Shown here one piece after another: positions 39,701 to 58,850 of a stretch of 64,000 nt of DNA. The position numbers and the translations under genes are program-made. A model generated the notes under the pieces. It was not told where the DNA came from, ran no database searches, and saw only the letters and a program-made list of their open reading frames with translations. The stretch is from Eledone cirrhosa. Taxonomy: Eukaryota. Positions within the stretch are counted from its first letter, which is position 1. The number at the start of each line of letters is the position of its first letter. The DNA lies in the NCBI GenBank assembly GCA_964016885.1, contig OZ024744.1, positions 114,142,001-114,206,000 on the forward strand, read 5' to 3'.

Positions 39701-42700
39701 AGGTGTCTATAAGGTAGTGTATGAGAGGGGGTGTCTATATGGTAGTGTATGACAGGAGGTGTATATAAGGTAGTGTATGACAGGAGGTGTCTATAAGGTA
39801 GTGTATGACAGGAGGTGTCTATATGGTAGTGTATGAGAGGGGGTGTCTATATAGTAGTGTATGACAGGAGGTGTCTATAAGGTAGTGTATGACAGGAGGT
39901 GTCTACAAGGTAGTGTATGACAGGAGGTGTCTATTTGGTAGTGTATGACAGGAGGTGTCTATAAGGTAGTGTATGACAGGAGGTGTCTATAAGGTACTGT
40001 ATGAGAGGGGGTGTCTATAAGGTAGTGTATGACAGGAGGTGTCTATAAGGTAGTGTATGACAGGAGGTGTCTATATGGTAGTGTATGACAGGAGGTGTCT
40101 ATAAGGTAGTGTATGACAGGAGGTGTCTATAAGGTACTGTATGAGAGGGGGTGTCTATAAGGTAGTGTATGACAGGAGGTGTCTATAAGGTAGTGTATGA
40201 CAGGAGGTGTCTATATGGTAGTGTATGACAGGAGGTGTCTATAAGGTAGTGTATGACAGGAGGTGTCTATAAGGTACTGTATGAGAGGGGGTGTCTATAA
40301 GGTAGTGTATGACAGGAGGTGTCTATAAGGTAGTGTATGACAGGAGGTGTCTATATGGTAGTGTATGACAGGAGGTGTCTATAAGGTAGTGTATGACAAG
40401 AGGTGTCTATATAGTAGTGTATGACAGGAGGTGTCTATATGGTAGTGTATGACAGGAGGTGTCTATAAGGTAGTGTATGACAGGAGGTGTCTATAAGGTA
40501 GTGTATGACAGGAGGTGTCTATATGGTAGTGTATGACAGGAGGTGTCTATAAGGTAGTGTATGACAAGAGGTGTCTATATAGTACTGTATGACAGGAGGC
40601 GTCTATATGGTAGTGTATGACAGGAGGTGTCCATATGGTAGTGTATGACAGGAGGTGTCTCTAAGGTAGTGTATGACATGAGGTGTCTATATGGTAGTGT
40701 ATGACAGGAGGTGTTTATATGGTAGTGTATGACAGGAGGTGTCTATAAGGTAGTGTATGACAGGAGGTGTCTATATGGTAGTGTATGACAGGAGGTGTCT
40801 ATAAGGTAGTGTATGACAGGAGGTGTCTATATGGTAGTGTATGACAGGAGGTGTCTATAAGGTAGTGTATGAGAAGAGGTGTCTATAAGGTAGTGTATGA
40901 CAGGAGGTGTCTATAAGGTAGTGTATGACAGGAGGTGTCTATAAGGTAATGTATGACAGGAGGTGTCTATAAGGTAGTGTATGAAGGAGGTGTCTATAAG
41001 GTAGTGTATGACAGGGGGTGTCTATAAGGTAGTGTATGACAGGAGGTGTCTATATGGTACTGTATGGCAGGAGGTGTCTATAAGGTAGTGTATGACAGGG
41101 GGTGTCTATAAGGTAGTGTATGACAGGAGGTGTCTATATGGTACTGTATGGCAGGAGGTGTCTATAAGGTAGTGTATGACAGGAGGTGTCTATAAGGTAG
41201 TGTATGAGAGGGGGTGTCTATATAGTAGTGTATGACAGGAGGTGTCTACAAGGTAGTGTATGACAGGAGGTGTCTATATGGTAGTGTATGACAGGAGGTG
41301 TCTATATGGTAGTGTATGACAGGAGGTGTCTATAAGGTAGTGTATGACAGGAGGTGTCTATAAGGTAGTGTATGACAGGAGGTGTCTATATGGTAGTGTA
41401 TGAGAGGGGGTGTCTATAAGGTAGTGTATGAGAGGGGGTGTCTATAAGGTAGTGTATGACAGGAGGTGTCTATAAGGTAGTGTATGAGAGATGTCTATAT
41501 AGTAGTGTATGAGAGGTGTCTATATGGTAGTGTATGACAGGAGGTGTCTATAAGGTAGTGTATGACAGGAGGTGTCTATAAGGTAGTGTATGACAGGAGG
41601 TGTCTATATGGTAGTGTATGACAGGAGGTGTCTATAAGGTAGTGTATGACAGGAGGTGTCTATATGGTAATGTATGACAGGAGGTGTCTATATAGTAGTG
41701 TATGACAGGAGGTGTCTCTATGGTAGTGTATGACAGGAGGTGTCTATAAGGTAGTGTATGACAGGAGGTGTCTATAAGGTAGTGTATGACAGGAGGTGTC
41801 TATAAGGTAGTGTATGACAGGAGGTGTCTATAAGGTAGTGTATGGCAGGAGGTGTCTATAAGGTAGTGTATGACAGGAGGTGTCTATAAGGTAGTGTATG
41901 ACTGGAGGTGTCTATAAGGTAGTGTATGACAGGAGGTGTCTATAAGGTAGTGTATGACAGGAGGTGTCTATAAGGTAGTGTATGACAGGAGGTGTCTATA
42001 TGGTAGTGTATGACAGGAGGTGTCTATAAGGTAGTGTATGACAGGAGGTGTCTATAAGGTACTGTATGAGAGGGGGTGTCTATAAGGTAGTGTATGACAG
42101 GAGGTGTCTATAAGGTAGTGTATGACAGGAGGTGTCTATATGGTAGTGTATGACAGGAGGTGTCTATAAGGTAGTGTATGACAGGAGGTGTCTATAAGGT
42201 ACTGTATGAGAGGGGGTGTCTATAAGGTAGTGTATGACAGGAGGTGTCTATAAGGTAGTGTATGACAGGAGGTGTCTATATGGTAGTGTATGACAGGAGG
42301 TGTCTATAAGGTAGTGTATGACAAGAGGTGTCTATATAGTAGTGTATGACAGGAGGTGTCTATATGGTAGTGTATGACAGGAGGTGTCTATAAGGTAGTG
42401 TATGACAGGAGGTGTCTATAAGGTAGTGTATGACAGGAGGTGTCTATATGGTAGTGTATGACAGGAGGTGTCTAAAAGGTAGTGTATGACAAGAGGTGTC
42501 TATATAGTACTGTATGACAGGAGGCGTCTATATGGTAGTGTATGACAGGAGGTGTCTATATGGTAGTGTATGACAGGAGGTGTCTCTAAGGTAGTGTATG
42601 ACATGAGGTGTCTATATGGTAGTGTATGACAGGAGGTGTTTATATGGTAGTGTATGACAGGAGGTGTCTATAAGGTAGTGTATGACAGGAGGTGTCTATA

Positions 42701-44785
42701 TGGTAGTGTATGACAGGAGGTGTCTATAAGGTAGTGTATGACAGGAGGTGTCTATATGGTAGTGTATGACAGGAGGTGTCTATAAGGTAGTGTATGAGAA
42801 GAGGTGTCTATAAGGTAGTGTATGACAGGAGGTGTCTATAAGGTAGTGTATGACAGGAGGTGTCTATAAGGTAATGTATGACAGGAGGTGTCTATAAGGT
42901 AGTGTATGAAGGAGGTGTCTATAAGGTAGTGTATGACAGGGGGTGTCTATAAGGTAGTGTATGACAGGAGGTGTCTATATGGTACTGTATGGCAGGAGGT
43001 GTCTATAAGGTAGTGTATGACAGGGGGTGTCTATAAGGTAGTGTATGACAGGAGGTGTCTATATGGTACTGTATGGCAGGAGGTGTCTATAAGGTAGTGT
43101 ATGACAGGAGGTGTCTATAAGGTAGTGTATGAGAGGGGGTGTCTATATAGTAGTGTATGACAGGAGGTGTCTACAAGGTAGTGTATGACAGGAGGTGTCT
43201 ATATGGTAGTGTATGACAGGAGGTGTCTATATGGTAGTGTATGACAGGAGGTGTCTATAAGGTAGTGTATGACAGGAGGTGTCTATAAGGTAGTGTATGA
43301 CAGGAGGTGTCTATATGGTAGTGTATGAGAGGGGGTGTCTATAAGGTAGTGTATGAGAGGGGGTGTCTATAAGGTAGTGTATGACAGGAGGTGTCTATAA
43401 GGTAGTGTATGAGAGATGTCTATATAGTAGTGTATGAGAGGTGTCTATATGGTAGTGTATGACAGGAGGTGTCTATAAGGTAGTGTATGACAGGAGGTGT
43501 CTATAAGGTAGTGTATGACAGGAGGTGTCTATATGGTAGTGTATGACAGGAGGTGTCTATAAGGTAGTGTATGACAGGAGGTGTCTATATGGTAATGTAT
43601 GACAGGAGGTGTCTATATAGTAGTGTATGACAGGAGGTGTCTCTATGGTAGTGTATGACAGGAGGTGTCTATAAGGTAGTGTATGACAGGAGGTGTCTAT
43701 AAGGTAGTGTATGACAGGAGGTGTCTATAAGGTAGTGTATGACAGGAGGTGTCTATAAGGTAGTGTATGGCAGGAGGTGTCTATAAGGTAGTGTATGACA
43801 GGAGGTGTCTATAAGGTAGTGTATGACAGGAGGTGTCTATAAGGTAGTGTATGACAGGAGGTGTCTATAAGGTAGTGTATGACTGGAGGTGTCTATAAGG
43901 TAGTGTATGACAGGAGGTGTCTATAAGGTAGTGTATGACAGGAGGTGTCTATAAGGTAGTGTATGACAGGAGGTGTCTATATGGTAGTGTATGACAGGAG
44001 GTGTCTACAAGGTAGTGTATGACAGGAGGTGTCTATAAGGTAGTGTATGACAGGAGGTGTCTATAAGGTAGTGTATGGCAGGGGGTGTCTATATGGTAGT
44101 GTATGACATGAGGTGTCTATAAGGTAGTGTATGACAGGAGGTGTCTATAAGGTAGTGTATGACAGGAGGTGTCTTTATGGTAGTGTATGACAGGAGGTGT
44201 CTATAAGGTAGTGTATGACAGGAGGTGTCTATAAGGTAGTGTATGACAGGTGTCTATAAGGTAGTGTATGACAGGAGGTGTCTATATAGTAGTGTATGAC
44301 AGGAGGTGTCTATAAGGTAGTGTATGACAGGAGGTGTCTATATGGTAGTGTATGACAGGAGGTGTCTATAAGGTAGTGTATGACAGGAGGTGTCTATAAG
44401 GTAGTGTATGACAGGTGTCTATAAGGTAGTGTATGACAGGAGGTGTCTATATAGTAGTGTATGACAGGAGGTGTCTATAAGGTAGTGTATGACAGGAGGT
44501 GTCTATAAGGTAGTGTATGACAGGAGGTGTCTTTATGGTAGTGTATGACAGGAGGTGTCTATAAGGTAGTGTATGACAGGAGGTGTCTATAAGGTAGTGT
44601 ATGACAGGTGTCTATAAGGTAGTGTATGACAGGAGGTGTCTATATAGTAGTGTATGACAGGAGGTGTCTATAAGGTAGTGTATGACAGGAGGTGTCTATA
44701 TAGTAGTGTATGACAGGAGGTGTCTATATGGTAGTGTATGACAGGAGGTGTCTATATGGTAGTGTATGGCAGGAGGTCTCTATAA
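36736..44785. repeat. 28-bp satellite, about 8 kb
   Basis: Unit ggtagtgtatgacaggaggtgtctataa; internal ~1.9-kb duplication. Confidence 0.97.
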
Positions 44786-44819
44786 AGAAGTTGTGGGACT
44801 GTCAAGATTGATCTAATGT

Positions 44820-48940
<4,121 letters not shown>

Positions 48941-49093
48941 TGGGTGAATTTTCGATGGGGCTTGGGAAATAACCTCAGTTAGAAAAGGTACTCAATATAT
49001 TGGTAGATTATAGGCAACTTCATTAAATATAGAAATTTCCTCTAGAGGGTTAGAACTGTTTCATTCATATAAAATCATCAGCAATGTTCTGAT

Positions 49094-49230
<137 letters not shown>

Positions 49231-49240
49231 CTTATATTAC

Positions 49241-49335
49241 CTTAATCAAAGTTTTGCCTCGACTGGCAATAATATAATCAGCTGAGTTATCCAGCAAGGA
49301 ATTCTTGGTTGACTCTGTTATATGGATTCTCATTC
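49241..49335 (-). CDS. Guanylyl cyclase catalytic exon
   Basis: ttacag|(G)MRIHITESTKNSLLDNSADYIIASRGKTLIK|gtaata; phase 1-0. Confidence 0.92.
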
Positions 49336-49359
49336 CTGTAAATATTAATTTATATTTTA

Positions 49360-50758
49360 CCATCGTCATCTTAATCATCATCATCATCACCACCATCTTC
49401 ACCACCATCATCACCATCACCACCACCACCACGACCACCATCACCACCACCATCACCATCACCATCATCACCACCACCATCACCATCATCATCACCACCA
49501 TCACCACTACCATCACCACCACCATCATCACCCCCATCATCACCACTACCATCACCATCATCATCACCACCATCACCACTACCATCACCACTACCATCAT
49601 CACCACCTCCATCACCATCATCATCACCATCATCACCACTACCATCACCACCACCATCACCACCACCATCACCACCACCACCACCACCACCACCACCACC
49701 ATCATCACCCCCATCATCACCACTACCATCACCATCATCATCACCACCATCACCACTACCATCACCACTACCATCATCATCACCTCCATCACCATCATCA
49801 TCACCATCATCACCACTACCATCACCACCACCATCACCACCACTACCATCACCACCACCACCACCACCACCACCACCACCATCAACACCATCACTACCAC
49901 CATCACCACCACCATCATCACCACCTCCATCACCATCATCATCACCATCATCACCACTACCATCACCACCATCATCACCACCACCATCACCATCACCACC
50001 ACTACCATCACCACCACCACCACCACCACCACCACCACCACCATCACCACCAACACCATCACTACCACCATCACCACCACCATCATCACCACCACCATCA
50101 CCATCATCATCACCACCATCACCACTCCCATCACCACCACCACCAACACCATCACCACCACCATCACCACCACCATCATCACCACCACCATCACCATCAT
50201 CATCACCACCATCACCACCACCATCACCACCACCACCATCACCATCATCACCATCACCACCACCATCATCACCACCACCACCATCACCACCACCATCACC
50301 ACCACCATCATCACCACCATCACCACCACCATCATCACCACCACCATCACCATCACCATCATCATCACCACCATCATCACCACCATCACCATCACCACCA
50401 CCACCATCACCACCACCACCATCACCACCACCATCAACACCACCACCACCACCACCATCATCACCACCACCATCACCATCACCATCACCACCACCATCAT
50501 CACCACCACCACCACCATCATCACCACCATCACCACCACCACCATCACCATCATCATCACCATCACCACCACCATCACCACCACCATCATCACCACCACC
50601 ATCACCATCACCATCATCACCACCACCATCACCACCACCATCACCACCACCACCATCACCACCATCACCACTATCATCAGCATCAGCACCACCACCACCA
50701 CCATTATCATCACTACTGACAGCATCACCATCATCACCATCATCACCATCATCACCAT
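49360..50758. repeat. Mixed (CAC/CAT)n trinucleotide tract, about 1.4 kb
   Basis: Read directly; source of the three long low-complexity ORFs. Confidence 0.97.
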
Positions 50759-51118
50759 TATAAACAATAAACATATTAGTAGCCTTGCTATCGAAGAAAA
50801 CATTTTCTTTTAATAAAGGAAATTATTTTTTGCCAGTATGTTCTGAGAATGTCAAACAGTGTTGTTTCAAGATTTGTTAATCTTTCATCAGTGACTCTTA
50901 CTTAACCTGTACTGACATGGAATAGACTATAGTCTATAAAGAATTTTACATTTTCATCACTTACTGGTCATGCTCATTTCCATATAGCAAATATTTAATA
51001 TCTGCTGTAAGTGGTCATTTGCATATTGTGTGAGCTTGGTTGGTTATATTTAATTATTCATAGAAGTACTCACAGACAAACAATCACACACACACACACA
51101 CACATGTATATATATATG

Positions 51119-51165
<47 letters not shown>

Positions 51166-51249
51166 AAAGGTAAACAGAAATAACAACACAATCGGTACAG
51201 TATATGGAAGATATATATTAGGTTAGCGCTTGATATAGCAGGAAGAGGG

Positions 51250-51285
51250 TCTTAACGTTTCGGACGCTAGTCCTTCATCAGAAGA
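51250..51285 (-). ncRNA. Minimal hammerhead ribozyme (third family)
   Basis: tctt-CTGATGA-a-ggac-tagc-gtcc-GAAA-cg-TT-aaga; palindromic ACGT stem III. Confidence 0.65.
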
Positions 51286-51542
51286 AAGAATGAGAAATGA
51301 AATAGATTGAGGAGATGGGTGGGTTGGAATTGGCAAAAATGTCTTTAGATAAAAATAACAGGTCCATTCATGTTGTATATTATATATTTATTAATAAAAA
51401 ACATATGTGTAGTCTCACTATCAAGGATAAATATTTCATTTAACAAAAGAATTTAACATTTTTTATTGCCTCTTGCACTATATGTGTGTGTGTCACTCTA
51501 CAGTATCTGTGTGTCTCACACATATAATGCAATGTCACACAC

Positions 51543-53321
51543 ATTATATATGTGACACTACACTATATGTGACACTACACTCTATGTGACACTACACTAT
51601 ATGTGACACTACATTATATGTGACACTACACTATATGTGACACTACATTATATGTGACACAACATTATATATAACACTAGATTATATGTGACACTACATT
51701 ATATGTGACACTACATTATATGTGACACAACATTATATATAACACTAGATTATATGTGACACTACACTATATGTGACACTGCATTATATGTGACACTACA
51801 TTATATGTGACACTACACTATATGTGACACTACACTATATATGACACTACACTGTATGTGACACTAGATTATATGTGACACTACATTATATGTGACACTA
51901 CATTATATGTGAAACTACATTATATGTGACACTACACTATATGTGACACTACACTATATATGACACTACACTGTATGTGACACTAGATTATATGTGACAC
52001 TACACTATATGTGACACTACATTATATGTGACATTACACTATATGTGACACTACATTATATGTGACATTACATTATATGTGACACTACATTATATATGAC
52101 ACTACATTATATGTGACACTACATTATATGTGACACTACATTATATGTGACACTACATTATATGTGACACTACACTATATGTGACACTACACTATATGTG
52201 ACACTACATTATATGTGACACTACACTATATGTGACACTACATTATATATGACACTACATTATATGTGACACTACACTATATGTGACACTACATTATATA
52301 TGACACTACATTATATGTGACACTACATTATATGTGACACTACATTATATGTGACACTTCATTATATGTGACACAACATTATATGTGACACTACATTATA
52401 TGACACTACATTATATGACACTACATTATATATGACACTACATTATATGTGACACTACATTATATGTGTGACACTACACTAGATGTGACACTACATTATA
52501 TATAACACTACATTATATGTGACACTACACTATATGTGACACTACATTATATGTGACACTACATTATATGTGTGACACTACACTAGATGTGACACTACAT
52601 TATATGTGACACTACATTATATGTGACACTACATTATATGTGACACTACATTATATGTGACAGTACACTATATGTGACACTACATTATATATGACACTAC
52701 ATTATATGTGACACTACATTATATGTGACACTACACAATATGTGTGACACTACACTAGATGTGACACTACATTATATGTGACACTACATTATATGTGACA
52801 CTACACAATATGTGTGACACTACACTAGATGTGACACTACATTATATGTGACACTACATTATATGTGACACTACACAATATATGTGACACTACACTAGAT
52901 GTGACACTACATTATATGTGACACTACATTATATGTGACACTACATTATATGTGACACTACATTATATGCGACACTACAATATATGTGACACTACACTGT
53001 ATGTGACACTACACTATATGTGACACTACATTATATGTGACACTACATTATATGTGTGACACTACACTAGATGTGACACTACATTATATGTGACACTACA
53101 TTATATGTGACACTACATTATATGTGACACTACATTATATGTGACACTACATTATATGCGACACTACAATATATGTGACACTACACTGTATGTGACACTA
53201 CACTATATGTGACACTACATTATATGTGACACTACATTATATGTGTGACACTACACTAGATGTGACACTACATTATATGTGACACTACATTATATGTGAC
53301 ACTACATTATATGTGACACTA
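51543..53321. repeat. 17-bp minisatellite
   Basis: Unit tatatgtgacactacat. Confidence 0.96.
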
Positions 53322-53429
<108 letters not shown>

Positions 53430-53432
53430 TCA

Positions 53433-54502
53433 AATTACACATATTAATTACCTATATATATTAATTACCTATATATATTTATTACCTATATATATTAATT
53501 ACATATATATTAATTACCTATATATATTAATTACATATATATATTTATTACATATATATATTAATTACACATATATATATTAATTACATATATATATTAA
53601 TTACATATATATTAATTACATATATATATTAATTACATATATATTAATTACATATATATATTAATTACACATATATATATTAATTACATATATATATTAA
53701 TTACATATATATTAATTACATATATATTAATTACATATATATTAATTACATATATATTAATTACATATATATTAATTACATATATATTAATTACATATAT
53801 ATTAATTACATATATATTTATTACCTATATATATTAATTACATATATATTAATTACCTATATATATTAATTACATATATATATTTATTACCTATATATAT
53901 TAATTACATATATATTAATTACATATATATTAATTACCTATATATATTAATTACATATATATATTTATTACCTATATATATTAATTACATATATATATTA
54001 ATTACATATATATTAATTACATATATATATTAATTACATATATATTAATTACATATATATATTAATTACACATATATATATTAATTACATATATATATTA
54101 ATTACATATATATTAATTACATATATATTAATTACATATATATTAATTACATATATATATTAATTACATATATATTAATTACATATATATTAATTACATA
54201 TATATTAATTACATATATATATTAATTACATATATATCAATTACATATATATATTAATTACATATATATTAATTACGTATATATTAATTACATATATATA
54301 TTAATTACATATATATCAATTACATATATATATTAATTACATATATATTTATTACATATATATTAATTACATATATATTTATTACATATATATTAATTAC
54401 ATATATATTTATTACATATATATTAATTACATATATATATTTATTACATATATATTAATTACATATATATATTAATTAAATATATATTAATTACATATAT
54501 AT
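53433..54502. repeat. AT-rich 14-18-bp minisatellite
   Basis: Unit ttaattac(at)n. Confidence 0.95.
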
Positions 54503-55220
54503 GTATTTCATATATATATTAAAAACAAATAACGAAACGAAATTAAATTTCGTTTCGTTTGTAACTCACTTTTGTATGACTGACGCTTAAACAATTAAGT
54601 TAAAAATGTACATCCACATATGTATACTGAAATACTAGTATGCATATGAATACACACACGTATACATATGTAGATGTACCGAGTTTTTCACTGGTCACTT
54701 TACTGTGAGTGTCCAGCTATTCTGTATGTAAACACACAGACAAACTTATATATAATACTAATTATATATAATACTAATTACACATAAAAGCATGTGTTGT
54801 AAAGTTCATAAGCTGACTATGAAGGAGTGATGCTAGAACTGTGAAATCTTACATGCATTAATTTCAACTCTTCTTATTAATAACTGTATTGTTTCTTTCT
54901 AGAGACTATGTTGAAAAATAAACCTTATTTGGTCATTCCATGAGAGTATCTTGGTCAGTCTATGAACTTTTCAGCTGACCCCCATATATTTGATTTCTCA
55001 TGATTTCTCAAAATTATAAATTTTGGAAATAGGATCGAAATCAAATAGGTCAATTAAAATCACCACCACCACTATAAGTATTATTACTACTACCCACCAC
55101 CACCATCACCACCACCACCACCACCACCACCACCACTGCCACCACCACCACCACCACCGCCATCACCCTCCCCCCACTACCACCACCACCGTCGCCATAT
55201 AATAGAAGACAAGTACTTAC

Positions 55221-55410
55221 CAGCACAACAGGGCCCAGTATGTAGCCCTATGCGGGCCTGTAGTTTATGTTCTGGCATATGTGCCACTTTGAAGGATAAC
55301 ATTGAACTTAGCACAAATAATGACATATCAGCGATCTCACTTGAATGTCTCTTACCATTCCTGTGAGGTAATCCACTGGCAACTAAGTAAGCGTCACCAA
55401 TTATTTCAAC
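55221..55410 (-). CDS. Guanylyl cyclase catalytic exon
   Basis: cttcag|[63 protein letters not shown]|gtaagt; phase 0-1. Confidence 0.97.
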
Positions 55411-55491
55411 CTGAAGAAATTATATTATATTACATATATTAGCAGAATATCACTACTGTAAAGATATTATATTAGAATTATAACATAACAT

Positions 55492-55846
55492 TGGAGGCAC
55501 ATGGCCTAGTGGTTAGAGCATTGGCCTTGCAATCGAAAGGTTGTGAGTTCAATTCTCAGACCGGGTGATGTGTTGTTTCCTTGAGCAAGACACTTTATTT
55601 CACATTGCTCCAGTTTACTCAGCTGTAGAAATGAGATGATAGGGACTGGGGTCCGTATCATTTCACTGCAAAGTGGTCGTAGAGGTGCCACGGCAAAAAA
55701 GCACCCAGCACTCACTGTAAATGAGGTTGGTGTTAGGAAGGGCATCCAGCTGTAGAAATCAAGCCAGAATCAGTTCCCGTCCCACCCTTGCAAGCAGGGA
55801 AAAGCAGACGTAAAAATGAAATGATGATGATGATGATGATGATGAT
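55492..55846 (+). mobile_element. SINE family A, full length
   Basis: A and B boxes, core, RTE-like tail, (TGA)n. Confidence 0.92.
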
Positions 55847-56012
55847 TGCCTGTTAATGGCTAGGAGGAAGAGAGACTACCCACAACTGACTCAACAGAGG
55901 GACCAATGATCAAAACTTAACCCTTTCATTACAATATTTCAAATGAAAGACACTGGTCTATAGTTTTCAAATATTTTTGGAAATAATTATGATGTAAATA
56001 ACTCTACCATGT

Positions 56013-56343
56013 TGGTGTTTGGAGCATAACTTAACAAAGGTTCTTACATAAAATTATGATGGAAGGGTTTTAGATAAATATACACACTTTAAAACAAACA
56101 GTTTTATATTATAGAACCAGGGTGTTTGGAACATAACTTAACAAAGGTTTTTACATAAAATTATGATGGAAGGGTTTTAGATAAATATAAACACTTTAAA
56201 ACAAACAGTTTTGTATGATAGAACCAGGGGTGTTTGGAACTTAACTTAACAAAGGTTCTTACATAAAATTATAATGGAAGGGTTTTAGATAAATATAAAC
56301 ATATAAAACCAAACAGTTTTGTATGATAGAACCAGGGGTGTTT
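56013..56343. repeat. About 108-bp tandem repeat, 3 copies
   Basis: ggtgtttgga..taacttaacaaagg..gatggaagggttttagataaata recurs three times. Confidence 0.85.
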
Positions 56344-56552
56344 TCAGGAGGTTTGGTACCACAATGCAACCTCAATTATCCAACAGCAATAAACCAATTT
56401 TCTTTACCATTATTCAAGGAAGAAATGGCAGCGCCCATGTTACCTTATTTTATTTTTACAGGGTCTCAAGACTGGAGGGAGGAATGGAGGAAATTATCCT
56501 CAAACTGAAAACCTGGCCTGAATATTTGCAACTGGGTGGACTCCACTAAATA

Positions 56553-57365
56553 TACCCAAGGACCAGGTGGTGTTAAACTTGGTGACATATTAAGTCTACC
56601 ACCCAAGGACCAGGTGGTATTAAACTAGGTGACATGTTAAGTTTATCACCCAAGGACCAGGTTGTGTTAAACTAGGTGACATGTTAAGTTTATCACCCAA
56701 GGACCAGGTTGTGTTAAACTAGGTGACATGTTAAGTCTACCACCCAAGGACCAGGTGGTGTTAAACTAGGTGACATGTTAAGTCCACCACCCAAGGACCA
56801 GGTTGTGTTAAACTAGGTGACATATTAAGTCTACCACCCAAGGACCAGGTGGTGTTAAACTAGGTGACATGTTAAGTCTACCACCCAAGGACCAGGTTGT
56901 GTTAAACTAGGTGACATATTAAGTCTACCACCCAAGGACCAGGTGGTGTTTAACTGGGTGACATGTTAAGTCTACCACCCAAGGACCAGGTTGTGTTAAA
57001 CTAGGTGTCATATTAAGTCTACCACCCAAGGACCAGGTGGTGTTTAACTGGGTGACATGTTAAGTCTACCACCCAAGGACCAGGTAGTGTTAAACTGGGT
57101 GACATATTAAGTCTACCACCCAAGGACCAGGTGGTGTTTAACTAGGTGACATGTTAAGTCTACCACCCAAGGACCAGGTGGTGTTAAACTGGGTGACATA
57201 TTAAGTCTACCACCCAAGGACCAGGTGGTATTAAACTGGGTGACATGTTAAGTCTACCACCTAAGGACCATGTGGTAGTGGTAATGTGGGTGACATATTA
57301 AGTCTACCACCCAAGGACCAGCTGGTAGTGGTATTAAACTAGGTGACATGTTAAGTCTACCACCC
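56553..57365. repeat. 47-bp minisatellite
   Basis: Unit cccaaggaccaggtggtgttaaactaggtgacatgttaagtctacca. Confidence 0.95.
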
Positions 57366-58090
57366 ATCTTCCCATGTTTTGCTTCTACTCAACATATCAC
57401 TGGCCATTCATTTGGAGAAAGAAACCTTCTGTTGTCAACAGATTTAGTACCACTTTTTCCATCCAACTGCTTTCCTAATTCGGTTAACTAGGTAACAGAA
57501 GCTATCAACCACATCTATGTATCCTCCCTGGGACAGGAAAAAGTATATTTCTCTGCTGGTCCTACTACCAACTATCAGTGAACATCTTCTACATATAAAG
57601 TTTACCTCTTCTGTTAGTATGCCTGTTATCTCACTACACCTCTTGTGTACCCATGTTTTACATTGTGTACATTATATAGAGTTCCTCCATACTCCTTTTC
57701 TATATATGGAACAGAACTAATTCCCTTATGGAACAAGGATCCTGTCTTCTTTCCTACTTACTAAAACTTTAGTTTTAACTAAGTTTACTTTCTGCCCATT
57801 TATTCTCTAGTTCCTCCATAGATTCGGCAATGAGGACCAGATCATCAGCATAGAGAAGTTCCCATGGACAGCCAATCTTAAACTCCTCTGTTAAGGCCTG
57901 AAAAACTGAAGTGGGTTGAGGACCAAGCTCTGAACCACTCCTACCCAGTACCTTAAATCTCACTAAACTCACTTCCTACTCTCACTTTACTGACAGCTCC
58001 TCTGTACATGACTTATACTGCTCTTATAGGTCATTCATCTACACTTAGTTTCCTTAAGGACCATTAGCTGTCAAAGGCTTTTTCCAGGCC
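57366..58090 (-). mobile_element. Old RTE LINE fragment
   Basis: LTEEFKIGCPWELLYADDLVLIAES, homologous to 13600-14300. Confidence 0.85.
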
Positions 58091-58119
58091 TTTGTATATA
58101 TATCACTAGGAAGGGAGTA

Positions 58120-58838
58120 TTTGTGGTACTCCTTCCTGACACAAAGTGCCAGTGTGAATCAGGATATTGATAGGGAAAAATCTGTTAGAAATGACACTGG
58201 TGTACTTAGCACCACTGGCACCCAAAAGAAAGAGGCCTGGAAATGTTACTATGAAAGATTGATAAATGTAGAGGATGAATGGGAGGAAGAGAAACTACTC
58301 CCAACTTACCCAAAGGAAGGACCAGCTATTGAAGTTGATAGTTTTAGGGTCAAAGATACAGTCAAGGAGATGAAGGATGGTAAAGCTGCTGGACCATCAG
58401 AAATAGTTGCTGAGATGCTGAAAGCGTTGGGAGAGGTAGGAGTCACAACAGTAACCCGTATATAACAGTCATATCCAATGACTAGTGCAGCGGTACCATC
58501 ATAAATTGTTACAAGGGCAAAGGTGATTTTCTACAAAGGAGCTACTATAGAGGAATAAAACTAATGGACCAAGTTATGAAAGTGACAGAAAGTGTTATTG
58601 CACAACTAATTAGGGAAAGAGTCAAATTAGACAAAATGCAGTTTGGTCTCATGCCTGGCAAAAGTACTATAGATGTCCTCTTTCTAGTGAAACAACTATA
58701 AGAGATGTTCCTGGCCAAGAATAAGACTATATTTAACTTTTGTTGATCTGGAGAAAGTCTTTGACAGAGTACCCCAATCTATTTTCTGGTGGTCCTTAAG
58801 GGAACTAGGTGTAGAAGAATGGCTTGTGAGAGCAGTGC
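58120..58838 (+). mobile_element. Old RTE LINE fragment, opposite orientation
   Basis: KKEAWKCYYERLIN, GKAAGPSEIVAEMLKA, YRGIKLMDQVMKV, DLEKVFDRVP. Confidence 0.85.
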
Positions 58839-58850
58839 TTGACATTATAC

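Noticed and set aside
49048-49086. Further hammerhead (CTGATGA..GAAAC, minus strand)
   Set aside because: Stems I and II pair poorly; at best a decayed copy
49232-50813. Three long ORFs (poly-V/M, T/I, G/D)
   Set aside because: Stop-free frames of a CAC/CAT tract; only 49241-49335 is a real exon
54529-54559. 13-bp hairpin aacgaaacgaaat/atttcgtttcgtt
   Set aside because: Short and isolated, with no sign of function
55492-55565. tRNA gene
   Set aside because: The A and B boxes belong to a SINE head followed by core and LINE tail; no clean cloverleaf
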